Source: Thermoplasmata archaeon (GTDB lineage Archaea > Thermoplasmatota > Thermoplasmata > Lutacidiplasmatales > UBA184). From it: a DNA stretch of 64,000 nt. Shown here in pieces: positions 37,701-46,873 of the stretch. The stretch's first letter is position 1, and each line of letters begins with the position of its first letter. The position numbers and the translations under genes are program-made. The stretch lies in contig JAGWLG010000005.1 in the NCBI GenBank assembly GCA_028864975.1, positions 32,001-96,000 of the forward strand, read 5' to 3'. The notes below the pieces were generated by a model, which saw nothing but the letters and a program-made list of their open reading frames with translations, did not search any database and was not told the DNA's origin.

Positions 37701-38273
37701 GTCGGGGCGTCAGCTTCGGCTACGGGTCCGAGCTGGGCCGCTTCTCCTGCGACCGAGCCTTCGCCCCAAGCGGAGCCCCCCGAGGCCACGGTCGCTGAGC
37801 CCGGATTCTCCGGGACCGCCGGTTCAGAGTTCGCGCCAGCAACCGCGACATCTGAGGTCCCCGGGGAAAGCGAGTCCGATGGAGCCGAGGAGGTCATGCT
37901 CGAGGAGCCTCCTCCGTCCCCCGTTCCCGACACGCCCGAAACCCCAGCGACACCGACGGATGGCCCGGGACCGGACTCTGCCACAGACGCGGCGCCTCTA
38001 TCCTCTGGCGGGACCGAAGACGGACCTGGGGGGGCTAGTGAGGCCCCCGCGGAGCCCCTGGGGCACGGGCCGTCGATCACGACCGAACCCGCGAAGGATG
38101 GAGGGGAGGGCGACGCCCGGTCGCCCGCGGTCGCGGTCCCCTCTGCGGAGCCGGGACCCACCAGCGCCCCCCCAGGCGCCGACGCGGGCAGCGGGACGCA
38201 GGCTTCTGTGCCGGCACCATCGAAGAAGCGGATGAAGCTCCGGCGGAAGAAGGACCAGGACGGAGAATCCTAG
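34791..38273 (+). CDS. Kelch-like propeller + PKD array surface protein with TM and acidic Pro-rich cytoplasmic tail
   Basis: PSPR/PSAR..WD..LFGG..DTW blades, PKD units, TM WLFLLLALVVAALLLAALYV, acidic tail ending KKRMKLRRKK; ATG 34791 about 27 bp below CTATCATT. Confidence 0.85.
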   Translation: MPTHTHAFAGCGTTIALGLLLVLLMPAPGVPASKVVAPEGATGMSTASGAMAIPSIVPMPVVPHTLAGHSSPATAALDWFNLTPRLVGSAEGPSPRLEPQFAWDEASGYGLFFGGWDGGAVDSDTWTFTPGSGWALSAASGPTGRVDGQTAWDSTDQEVVLFGGCTTSVGCPNAGTWTYTNVGGWVYDTGATAPGRTNGGIADDAVDHYDVMFGGCTAWNFANNPPVCTAVASDTQTFAGGSWTAPTPTTHPSARFAPYMAWDPDAQAVVLFGGIALGSGGSYVPLNDTWSFSGGQWTDITSTAGHAPSPRGMGGLAYQTGPKRLLLFGGAGASGNLADTWQFASGTWTPLYPTNTPSPRFGFAMASNSSSEPFVLWGGQGNSSLQNDTWVPTYPLRASASATPTTSDVGVTIAFTGKAGGGVPGYTYAWRFGDGNTSTAQNPTYAYGTPGAPYTVTLNVTDSTGAVVSAPALRLTINPDPSATLAANPPAPYVSESVMFTDTLTGGTSCCGQVTWSFGDGSPPTTTVGTTVTYSYGRPGTFVANSTTQDAAGLYANATTTVTVSPLAITLAASRSPIAGTFPLSVSFHATASGGAGPLTYDWSFGDGTVGTGATPSHTYTNAGSFQATVWANDSSLHSASFTLPIWAYAPLSATVSVTAGNLSYPGTPATISATATGGNGTLSYAWQLNGSAYSATTASFPFTSTGAGNYTFQVRVSDNAGQTSTRGTVLTVLRPGTTPPVLGVSLALSRSSAQGGTNVTATATPVDANGVVSYLWTLNGTQPFPHAGGSTSVVQFSLAHGATYQINVSATNGARVAWAQSPLVVWTGAAPTPLSVTISPSATSLQTGSSVVFTASVGGGVPPYVILWSENGTNLTNTGASLTQAFSHGGAYAFRAWVRDSSGVVAESSVVVVTVTMPTSPSSGSPSPTSLSDLFSLSSPWLFLLLALVVAALLLAALYVRRRRHPSAAVGASASATGPSWAASPATEPSPQAEPPEATVAEPGFSGTAGSEFAPATATSEVPGESESDGAEEVMLEEPPPSPVPDTPETPATPTDGPGPDSATDAAPLSSGGTEDGPGGASEAPAEPLGHGPSITTEPAKDGGEGDARSPAVAVPSAEPGPTSAPPGADAGSGTQASVPAPSKKRMKLRRKKDQDGES

Positions 38274-38287
38274 CGGACGGATGCGAC

Positions 38288-39193
38288 TCAGCGCCCCGCA
38301 CTGGGCGGGACCAGTCGGAACCACAGCGTGCCTCGCGTGCCTCCTTCCGGGGAAGGCAGGCCTCGACCAAGGTAGCGCACGTGCTGCCCATACCGGGCCC
38401 CCTTCGGGACAGCGACCTCGATCGTCTCGAGCGGGGTCTGGTAGGAGAGGTGGGTTCCGTGCGACAGGCTCCTGGACGGGACCGGGAGGTCCAGGACCAG
38501 GTCGGACCCCCTTCTCGCCCAAGTCCCTCGACGAAGGGAGATCCGGAGGAACAGGTCCCCCTGCCCCCCTTGGAGCAGCGGCTGGCCCTGTCCGGGGACG
38601 CAGAGGCGTTGACCGTCCTCGAGCCCCGGGGGAAGCCGCACTTCGGTCCAGGAGGCGAGTAACAGATAGCCGAGGCCGCGACAAGGTAGGCAGGGGCTGG
38701 GGGCGAACCCTGTCTCGAGCAGCCCTCGCCCGCCGCAACGCAGGCAGCTCTCCCGCGTGCGGACCCCGAGGAAGACCTCCTCCGGCCCGAAGCCGCTCCC
38801 CCCGCACGAAGTGCATCCCACCGCACCCCTCCGAGAGGCCACGCCCTCCCCCCCGCAGGCCGGGCAGGGGGCCGCGCGCGGGACCCGGAGGCGGACACGG
38901 CAGCCGGTGAAGAGCTCGCGTAGCCCGAGCACGACCGTGGTCTCGAGGTCCGCGTGACCGGCGTCCTTGGTGGTGAGGGACGCATCGTAGGCCCGTCGCT
39001 CGTCTTCGTTCGAAAGCGTGTGGTAGGCCTCGTTCACGGCTTTGAACCGCTCGGCGGCCGAGTCGTCCCCCGGGTGGAGGTCGGGATGGCACTCGTGCGC
39101 CCGATGCCGGAACGCCTCGTGGATCTCCTCAGAGGTAGCGTCGTGCTCCACGCCGAGGATCCCATAGTAGTCGGGGGATGCGACCTCGGGCAT
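38288..39193 (-). CDS. dnaJ: DnaJ-family chaperone paralog (J domain + four CxxCxGxG + C-terminal domain)
   Basis: DYYGILGV..HPDLHPGD..RFKAVNEAYHTLS; CPACGGEG, CTSCGGSG, CLRCGGRG, CLPCRGLG; GDLFLRI. Confidence 0.85.
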   Translation of the reverse strand: MPEVASPDYYGILGVEHDATSEEIHEAFRHRAHECHPDLHPGDDSAAERFKAVNEAYHTLSNEDERRAYDASLTTKDAGHADLETTVVLGLRELFTGCRVRLRVPRAAPCPACGGEGVASRRGAVGCTSCGGSGFGPEEVFLGVRTRESCLRCGGRGLLETGFAPSPCLPCRGLGYLLLASWTEVRLPPGLEDGQRLCVPGQGQPLLQGGQGDLFLRISLRRGTWARRGSDLVLDLPVPSRSLSHGTHLSYQTPLETIEVAVPKGARYGQHVRYLGRGLPSPEGGTRGTLWFRLVPPSAGR

Positions 39194-39397
39194 GTGGCCT
39201 CGCAACTAGTCCCGTTTGCGGGGATGTGCCTCATAAAGCCCGGGGGTCGAGTGGAAGCTCCGGGGCAGGCCAAGCCCTCCGTGGGCCGCGAGCCCACGTG
39301 GCCGGCTCAGGAGGCGTGGGCACGGGGCTTTGTGCGGTAAGGATGGGCTCCGGGGGCCAGGGACAGGGATAGATACGCGTAGGGCCATGCAGTCCTC

Positions 39398-42300
39398 ATG
39401 GCCGACGCCACTCGCCCGCTCCTGCATCGAACCCGGACCGATCTCCTGCGATGGACCGCGTTGCTCCTCGTCGGGGTCTCGCTCGCATCTTCGGCCGGGG
39501 CCGTCGGGGCCGGGACCGCCCCCCATCCCGAGACTCCTGCGCAAGTCCCACAGGCGGTTCCTCTCCCCGGAGAGCCGAGCGCCCAGCCTCTCTGCATCTC
39601 CTGCTCGCTCGAGAGTGGCGCAGGAGAACACCCCCTCCTCGCGACGCCCCTCAGCTCCGTTTCTCCCCTTGCCCTCCTCGCTGACCCCCCGGTCTCCCCG
39701 GGTCCCGGCCCAGTCATCACGTCGGGGCCTGGAAGGCCGCTCTTCGTGACCTCGAGTTCCGGGTGGAACGGTATCGATGGCTCGACGGGGGGCGGATGGA
39801 CCCCCCCCGATACCGTCGGGGCCGCGAGCTCGAGCCAGTTCGCCGAGTTCGTCAATCTTTACTGGGAGGTGTACAGCCGGAGCGGGGCGGTCCTTCAGTC
39901 CGAGAGCGCAGCCACGTTCTTTGGCACCACGGACAGCCTGTCCGATCCTCAGGTCTTGTATGACCCGGCGAGCGGCCACTGGTTCGTCTCGCTCATCGAC
40001 ATCAGCTCGAAGACCATCACCATCCAAGTCTCCCAGACCAGCGATGCTACGGGGTCGTGGTGGCAGTACGCGGGCTACAGCCCTGGAGGCTCGCTCTTCC
40101 CCGACCAGCCCGTGATGGGGTTCAACTCGAACACGTTCATCATCTCCTCGAACATCTTCCAGGGGAACACTTTCAAGCACTCCGAGGCGTGGGTCCTCAA
40201 CAAGACCCAGATGATGTCGGGGACCACCCCGGCATCGACCACGTTCAACAACGGCCTCGGCTCCGCCCACCCCATCACCGACTACGGTCCGCTGAACACC
40301 ATGTACCTGGTCAGCGACGGCTTCGGGAGGGCCGGCAGCTTGGGCCTCATTGCGGTGACGGGGACCCCGCCCGGAGGGGTCTCCACTTCGCAGCAGAACC
40401 CGGGGATTGCCCCCGCCGAGAAGGCCGTGGCGAACCCTGCGGATGCGGGCGGCGGGAGCGTCAATGTCGACGATGGTCGTATCGGGTCCGCGGCGTACCA
40501 GAACGGGGTCATCTGGGCCACGGCCAACGACGGATGCGCGGTCGCCACGTGCGCGAGGCTCTTCCAGATCACCGCTGCGACCCATACGATCACCCAGGAC
40601 TTCGACTGGTACCCCTCCGCGGGGGTCTCCGCGTTCTACCCGGCGGCCTCGTTCGACAGCTTGGGCGACCTCGGGATCCTGGTCTCGGTCGTGAGCTCCA
40701 CCACCTACGCCAGCATGGACATCACGGGACAACTCTTGAGCGATCCCTCGGGGACCCTGGAGACCCCTGTGATGGTCGCCACGGGAACTTCCGCCCAGAC
40801 GTCCACGCGATTCGGGGATTACTCAGGCCTCCAGCCGGACCCCGGTACGGTGAGCGGATTCTGCGGGTCCGGGGAGTGGGACGGTCCGGCTGGCGCCGGC
40901 TCTTGGAACACCTGGAACGATTGCTTCAACGTCACCGCCACTGCCCCCACGCCGAAGGTCTCGTTCGTGCTGAGCCCCACGAGCGGAGCCGGATCGGTGC
41001 AGTTCAACGGGAACACCTACTACAACGGCCAGACGGTCACCATCGCGGCCGGGACCTATTCCCTGGGGCAGACCACCAACGCCGGGTGGCACTTCTCGTC
41101 CTGGACGACCTCGGGAGGTCTCACCGTAGGGGCCGGTACCCTGGCCGTCACCTCCTCCGGGACCCTCACCGCGACCTACGTCCAGTATCCCCAGGTCTCC
41201 TTCACGGTGAGTCCGGTCGGGTGCCAACCGATCACGTTCAACACGACGACGTGGAACAGCGGGACCTCGGGGAGCTTCTACACCTCCGGGAGCCCCTTCA
41301 CGGCCTCCATCGCGGCCTGTGCTGGCTACACCTTCAGTACCTGGAGCTCGACCGGCGGGATCGCGCTCGGAACACCCGGTGCCCTGAGCACCTCCGTCAC
41401 CCTGACGGACAACGGGACGCTCACCGCGACGTTCACGCGGACCACCTACGCTGTGAGCGTCGTGATCTCCCCCGGACCAGGCAGCGGCTACGCCAAGATC
41501 GGAGGGACCCCGTACTTCAACGGGAACACGGCGAACCTGGCTGCCGGGAGCTACGCGCTCGCCTTCGTCGCATCACCGGGATGGGCCTTCTCCACCTGGT
41601 CGGCGACCGGGGGCGCTGCGATCGGGGCTGGAACCCTCACGGTGAGCGGGGCGGGAACCCTCACCGAGACCTTCGCCCAGCACCCCCTGGTCTCCTTTAC
41701 GGTCAGCCCCGCGGCCTGCCAGCCGATCACGTTCAATACGACGACGTGGAACAGCGGGACCTCGGGGAACTTCTACACCTCCGGAAGTCCCTTCACGGCC
41801 TCCGTCGCGGCCTGCGGCGGCTACACTTTCAGCACTTGGAGCTCCACTGGTGGGGTCGCACTAGGGACCCCCGGAGCCCTGAGCACTTCCGTGACCCTGA
41901 CCAACAATGGGACGCTCACCGCAACGTTCACCGGGACCATCTATGCCGTCGGTGTCGTGATTTCCCCGGGAGTGGGTAGCGGCTACGCCAAGATCGGCGG
42001 GACCTCGTACTTCAACGGGAACACGGCGAACCTGGCGGCGGGGAGCTACGCGCTCGCCTTCGTCGCCTCCCCGGGATGGGCCTTCTCCACCTGGTCGGCG
42101 ACCGGGGGCGCTGCCATCGGAGCGGGGACGCTGACCGTAAGCGGCGCAGGGACCCTCACCGAGACCTTCGCCCAGTTCCCCCTGGTCTCCTTCACGGTCA
42201 GCCCCTCCGGCTGTCAACCGATCACGTTCAATGCGACGACCTGGAACAGCGGGACCTCCGGGAGCTTCTACACCTCCGGGAGCCCCTTCACGGCGTCCAT

Positions 42301-45109
42301 CGCGGCTTGCGCGGGCTACACCTTCAGTACCTGGAGCTCGACGGGCGGGATCGCGCTGGGCACGCCGGGTTCCCTGAGCACCTCCGTCGCTTTGACCGAC
42401 AACGGTACGCTGACCGCGACGTTCGCCGCCGCGACCCCGACCGTCTCGTTCACGATCTCCCCGGGCGCCGGCGCCGGGATCATCACGGTGGGAGGGACGA
42501 ACTACTACAACGGCAACTCGGCCTCGCTGGCCTCCGGGACTTACACCCTCGCCATGACGGCGACCGCGGGATGGCACTTCTCCGCCTGGTCGACGACCGG
42601 TGGAGTCTCGGTGGGTCCCTCGGGCCTTTCCGTCACCGCCTCGGGCACCCTCACGGCCACGTTCGTCGGCTACCCGTGGGTGAGCTTCTCCGCGGTCGGT
42701 TACACCGGGTGCGGACCGGTGGTCTTCAATGGAACGTCGCAGATCACCGGCGGCGGGAACTTCTACACCTCTCTGAGCCCCTACACGGCGAGCGTCGCGC
42801 ACTGCGCCGGCGCGGTCTTCTCCACCTGGGCCCCCACCGGCGGGGTCAGCGTGGCGACGCCCGGCGCGCAGAGCACTTCGGTCACCCTCACGGACAACGG
42901 CACCCTCACCGCGAGCTTCGTCCCGGAGAGCTACAACGTGAACCTCCACATCACGCCAGCCGCGTCGCCGACGGGAGGGACGATCAGCCTGAACGGGGCG
43001 ACCTACTACGATGGACAGGTCGCCTCGCTGACGGCGGGGTTCTACCCCATCTCTTACACTGCGTCGCCGAACTTCCTCTTCGCCAACTGGTCGACCGCGG
43101 GGTCCGTCTCCTTTGCGGGGGCGGACCTGAACGTCCTAGGCAACGGGTCCGTCTACATCACCTTCGTTCAGGCCTACACCACGACCTTCTACCTCACCCC
43201 CTCCGCCTGCGCTGCGATCGCCTCGATCAACTTCATGGGCATCGCCTTCACCAGCGGGGGGGGCCGCATGTTCCAGTCGCTGACGAGCTCGGCGACCGCC
43301 TCGGGCTGCACGGGCTACGCCTTCAGTACCTGGTCGACGACCGGCGGGGCCTCGGTCTCCAGCGCCACGCTGAACCCGACGATGCTCACCGCCGCGGGCA
43401 ACGGGACCTTGACCGCCAGCTACTCGCAGAACTCGACGACGACCTACGCCATCACGCTGGACGCGACCCCTGCGTCCTGCGGTCCGGTCACCTTCAACGG
43501 GGCTTCCTACGCTAGCGGGAGCACGGTCAACGTCGCGGCCTCGAGCTACAGCATCTCCGTGTCCGCTTGCTCCGGGTACACCTTCGCCGGGTGGACGTCC
43601 TCGACTTCCTCGAACACCGTGCTGTCTCCCGGGGCGCTCTCGACCACGGCGACGGTGGGGGCAGCGGGGACGCTCACGGCCACGTTCACCCCGGTGGGGA
43701 CCACCTATTCGATCACTCTGGCAGCCTCCCCTGCGTCCTGCGGTCCGATCGTCTTCAACGGCACGTCGTACGCGAGCGGCAGCGTCGCCACCGTCTCTGG
43801 TGGGACCTGGCCGCTGGTCGCGAACGCCTGCTCAGGGTACACTTTCGCTGGATGGACCGCCACCTCCCCGAACGTCGTCACGTCCCCGGGCTCCTCCAGC
43901 ACCACCGCCACGATCTCTGGCACGGGTACCATCACCGCCCTCTACACCGCCGTGGTGACCACCTACTCCGTCACCATCTCGACCGCGCCCTCGACCTGCG
44001 GGTCCGTCACCCTCGGTACGACGACGTACACCAATGGCCAGACCGCCAACCTGAGGGCGGGAAACTATGCCGTGGCGGTCGCTTCCTGCACCGGCTATCT
44101 CCCTGCCCCTTCGTTCCAGGTGGGTGGAGGCGTGAGCTTGAACGCGCTCGACACGCAGCTCACCGTGAGCGGCGACGGCTCGCTCTCCCTCAACTTCGTG
44201 GAGCTCCTATCGGTCAAGCTCACCGCGGGGGCCACGAACACCACGACGGGAACGGTGGACCCCTTCACGGTGAGCCTCACCGGAGGTCGGGCTCCCTACA
44301 CCGTGATCTGGGACTTCGCGGATGGGACCCCCTGGGTGCACGCGAACCTCACCTCAACCTCGGGGGTACAGCCCCACGCGTTCTCGAGCGCGAGCGTCTA
44401 CCCGGTCGCCGTCCTGGTCGCGGACAGCTCGGGCCAGGTCGTGCTCGCCATGGTCCAAGTGACCGTCGCGTCGAGCGGACCCGCGCCCTCGAGCTCGCCT
44501 CTGGGGAGCCTGGGAGGGCTTCTCCTTCTGCTCATCATCCTCGCGCTCGTGGCGGTCATCTTCGGTGTGGGCATGGCCCAGCGGCGGCGGCACCGCACCG
44601 AGGCGCAGACCGCAGAAGCGGGGGCCGGTGCGCTCGCGGCCTCGGGGCTCTCCGAGCCCGCTCCCCCCCCATCCCCCAGCGAGGCCCCCCCACCTCCGCC
44701 CCCCAGCTCGGATGAGGTCCCGCCTCCGCCTCCCGCCGACGAGATCCCACCTCCGCCCCCTGACGACACGCCACCCCCGCCACCGTCGGAGACCGGTGAG
44801 GGCGACAGTTCTGAACCCGCCTCCGAGGCTCCGGAAGAGGCGTCGACGGGCGAGGGGGAAGCGACCGACGCGCCGAGCGAGCCCGACCCTGCCGAGGACA
44901 CCGGCGATGGCGCACCCTCGTCCTCCAATCCCGACGCCTCGGCCCCTAGTTCGGAGGAGGGCCCGACGGATGCCTCGCTTCCCTCCGCCCCATCACCGGA
45001 CGCCGGCGACGAGGGCCCTTCTTCGTCCCCGAGCGCGGAGCCTTCCTCCTCCCCCCCCGAGGATGCTTCCGACGAGGTTCACGTCGAGACCGACGCTCCC
45101 GAAATCTGA
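39398..45109 (+). CDS. Giant (1903 aa) surface protein: N-terminal globular domain + tandem Ig-like/B-repeat stalk + PKD + TM + acidic tail
   Basis: Signal peptide, alternating repeat units with F..WS.TGG and GTLTATF motifs, W.FADG PKD unit, TM LLLLLIILALVAVIFGVGMA, Pro/Glu/Asp tail. Confidence 0.85.
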   Translation: MADATRPLLHRTRTDLLRWTALLLVGVSLASSAGAVGAGTAPHPETPAQVPQAVPLPGEPSAQPLCISCSLESGAGEHPLLATPLSSVSPLALLADPPVSPGPGPVITSGPGRPLFVTSSSGWNGIDGSTGGGWTPPDTVGAASSSQFAEFVNLYWEVYSRSGAVLQSESAATFFGTTDSLSDPQVLYDPASGHWFVSLIDISSKTITIQVSQTSDATGSWWQYAGYSPGGSLFPDQPVMGFNSNTFIISSNIFQGNTFKHSEAWVLNKTQMMSGTTPASTTFNNGLGSAHPITDYGPLNTMYLVSDGFGRAGSLGLIAVTGTPPGGVSTSQQNPGIAPAEKAVANPADAGGGSVNVDDGRIGSAAYQNGVIWATANDGCAVATCARLFQITAATHTITQDFDWYPSAGVSAFYPAASFDSLGDLGILVSVVSSTTYASMDITGQLLSDPSGTLETPVMVATGTSAQTSTRFGDYSGLQPDPGTVSGFCGSGEWDGPAGAGSWNTWNDCFNVTATAPTPKVSFVLSPTSGAGSVQFNGNTYYNGQTVTIAAGTYSLGQTTNAGWHFSSWTTSGGLTVGAGTLAVTSSGTLTATYVQYPQVSFTVSPVGCQPITFNTTTWNSGTSGSFYTSGSPFTASIAACAGYTFSTWSSTGGIALGTPGALSTSVTLTDNGTLTATFTRTTYAVSVVISPGPGSGYAKIGGTPYFNGNTANLAAGSYALAFVASPGWAFSTWSATGGAAIGAGTLTVSGAGTLTETFAQHPLVSFTVSPAACQPITFNTTTWNSGTSGNFYTSGSPFTASVAACGGYTFSTWSSTGGVALGTPGALSTSVTLTNNGTLTATFTGTIYAVGVVISPGVGSGYAKIGGTSYFNGNTANLAAGSYALAFVASPGWAFSTWSATGGAAIGAGTLTVSGAGTLTETFAQFPLVSFTVSPSGCQPITFNATTWNSGTSGSFYTSGSPFTASIAACAGYTFSTWSSTGGIALGTPGSLSTSVALTDNGTLTATFAAATPTVSFTISPGAGAGIITVGGTNYYNGNSASLASGTYTLAMTATAGWHFSAWSTTGGVSVGPSGLSVTASGTLTATFVGYPWVSFSAVGYTGCGPVVFNGTSQITGGGNFYTSLSPYTASVAHCAGAVFSTWAPTGGVSVATPGAQSTSVTLTDNGTLTASFVPESYNVNLHITPAASPTGGTISLNGATYYDGQVASLTAGFYPISYTASPNFLFANWSTAGSVSFAGADLNVLGNGSVYITFVQAYTTTFYLTPSACAAIASINFMGIAFTSGGGRMFQSLTSSATASGCTGYAFSTWSTTGGASVSSATLNPTMLTAAGNGTLTASYSQNSTTTYAITLDATPASCGPVTFNGASYASGSTVNVAASSYSISVSACSGYTFAGWTSSTSSNTVLSPGALSTTATVGAAGTLTATFTPVGTTYSITLAASPASCGPIVFNGTSYASGSVATVSGGTWPLVANACSGYTFAGWTATSPNVVTSPGSSSTTATISGTGTITALYTAVVTTYSVTISTAPSTCGSVTLGTTTYTNGQTANLRAGNYAVAVASCTGYLPAPSFQVGGGVSLNALDTQLTVSGDGSLSLNFVELLSVKLTAGATNTTTGTVDPFTVSLTGGRAPYTVIWDFADGTPWVHANLTSTSGVQPHAFSSASVYPVAVLVADSSGQVVLAMVQVTVASSGPAPSSSPLGSLGGLLLLLIILALVAVIFGVGMAQRRRHRTEAQTAEAGAGALAASGLSEPAPPPSPSEAPPPPPPSSDEVPPPPPADEIPPPPPDDTPPPPPSETGEGDSSEPASEAPEEASTGEGEATDAPSEPDPAEDTGDGAPSSSNPDASAPSSEEGPTDASLPSAPSPDAGDEGPSSSPSAEPSSSPPEDASDEVHVETDAPEI
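41190..42430 (+). repeat. Intragenic tandem repeat, 495-bp period, about 2.5 high-identity copies
   Basis: GTCTCC anchor at 41195, 41690 and 42185; long near-identical stretches such as TGGAACAGCGGGACCTC and GGCTACGCCAAGATCGG. Confidence 0.85.
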
Positions 45110-45180
45110 ACAGGGGGTCTTAGCCGGCCCCCGAGCCCCCGCCGACGCCTTGATGTCCCGGTCGAAGTTCTGAGCTCGGG

Positions 45181-45552
45181 ATGAGCACTCCTCCTCCGCC
45201 CCGGCACCGCGAGGAACCCCCCTGGGCGAAGTACTTCGTCGTCGGGGTCTCCGTCACGGTCCTGGACCTCCTGCTCTACCCCTATCTCAAGCAGCAGATG
45301 ACCGGGTCGGGTTCCCTGGTCCCCTACATCTCCTGGGCCTCGCTGCTCTTCTTCCTCCTCGTCGGGACGGCGATCGGCTACCTCATCGCGTGGAAGCGGG
45401 CGAGCGGCTACGCGACGCTCGTGCCGACCGGGGCGGTCCTGGGCATCGTCGTGGGGTACGAGCTCGCCCAGAGGGACCCCACCCTGATGGTGGCATTGAT
45501 GGTGGGGGTGGCGGCTTCCGGGCTCTCGATCCTCATCGGGTCGCTCTTCTAG
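45181..45552 (+). CDS. Small multi-TM membrane protein
   Basis: About four hydrophobic segments in 123 aa. Confidence 0.7.
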   Translation: MSTPPPPRHREEPPWAKYFVVGVSVTVLDLLLYPYLKQQMTGSGSLVPYISWASLLFFLLVGTAIGYLIAWKRASGYATLVPTGAVLGIVVGYELAQRDPTLMVALMVGVAASGLSILIGSLF

Positions 45553-46300
45553 GCCTTCGCTCACCGGCCCGCTCAGTTCCGTGTCGAGCACCTTACAGGC
45601 GAGCGTCGCATCCCCTTCCTCTTCAAATGCCATGACGGGCGGTACCGAGCGAAAGAAGAACCATCTCGGACCGGCCCCGACGTCGGAACGTCCTGGACCC
45701 TTCCGCTCGCAAGAGCGGTCGGTCCCAAGGACCTCCTCCGCCGCGCCGACCTGAGGTGAACCCGCCCGTCGCCGCCCACGGCCCGCACTCGCCTCCCTTC
45801 CGGGACTCGCCTGTGCACGACCGAGGTCCCCGGCGCGAACGCCCCTCGCCGACGCCTCCGCCCAGGGTGCGGGACCCTGAGAGGAACGCGGAGCTGCGCA
45901 CGACCGGAGTAGCGCGAGCCCGGCTTGGACACCGGACCCGCCCGCCCGGACGCCGCACGCCTCACGAGCGTCGCCGCGAGGGACCCCTTCCGGCCCGAGA
46001 GGGCTGTCCGCCACCGCCACCCGCCGACCCCGGAAGTACGGGACGCGGGAGAGCTCGTCACGGAGAGGGCACGTCCGCCCTCGCTACGCGTCCGTGACCT
46101 GCGCAGGCGCCCGACCAGGGCGTCGGCGCCTCTTCCGCGCCCCTCCGTGAGGAGGGACGCACGTCGTCCCCCGTCCGGACCCTTGGGGTCGCGGGCGGGC
46201 GGTCGACGCTCCGCGTTCCGTTCTCCCAGGGGATCGAGCCCCGGCCCCACGCGCGGTGGGCCGACGGGCTCGGAGAACGACGATGTGTTCAAACCCTACG

Positions 46301-46681
46301 ATGAGCCGACAGGCTCGAACCGCGGACCGCCCACCCAGGCCGAACTTGCCCGCCTCTCTGCCGCCGCCCCCCGAACCCTTGGCGACGGGTCCCACCACCC
46401 TGCTTCCGGAGCTGCCTCAGGGCGCTCGGTGCGTGGGATGGGTCAGGATCCCCCTGACCCTGACCTCCGCCCCCCGGGCGTACCTCTACGCGGTCCCTGG
46501 GGGCGTCCCCCTCTGGCTCGTGCGCCTTCCGAGCCAGGACGGCGCCCCCCGATGGTGCCGGTTGAGCCGGACCGAGCCGGTCCGGTGGGCCCTCGCCTCC
46601 GGCCTCCCGAAGGTCGCCCGGGCCGCGCTCGCCCTGCTCGCGAGGGCGGGGCACGCCACCTCCCCCCCGGAGGGCGCGTAG
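46301..46681 (+). CDS. Hypothetical protein
   Basis: ATG 46301; stop directly abuts the next ATG at 46682. Confidence 0.5.
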   Translation: MSRQARTADRPPRPNLPASLPPPPEPLATGPTTLLPELPQGARCVGWVRIPLTLTSAPRAYLYAVPGGVPLWLVRLPSQDGAPRWCRLSRTEPVRWALASGLPKVARAALALLARAGHATSPPEGA

Positions 46682-46873
46682 ATGGCGCCGACGACGAAGC
46701 GCTCGAACGCCGTCGAGCGCGACCTCTGCGGGGCGGTGCAGATCGCCCCGGGCCTCGCCGTGGCCATTGTGCCTCGCGGCGGGCTCACGCTCTTCGCGGT
46801 CGGGAGGGACCGCGTCGTGCGACGCTTCCGCCTATCGCCACCCCCCGCCGTTCGCCCCCGGGAGGGACCGTGA
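46682..46873 (+). CDS. Small hypothetical protein
   Basis: 63 aa; coupled on both sides (TAGATG and GTGA overlaps). Confidence 0.5.
   Translation: MAPTTKRSNAVERDLCGAVQIAPGLAVAIVPRGGLTLFAVGRDRVVRRFRLSPPPAVRPREGP

Noticed and set aside
39372-39378. GATACGC upstream of the giant surface protein
   Set aside because: A single copy in the opposite orientation, overlapping the likely TATA position
45553-46300. Gene, oriT or att site in the gap before the ATPase cassette
   Set aside because: No convincing ORF, inverted repeat or duplicated boundary found by eye; no integrase in the window
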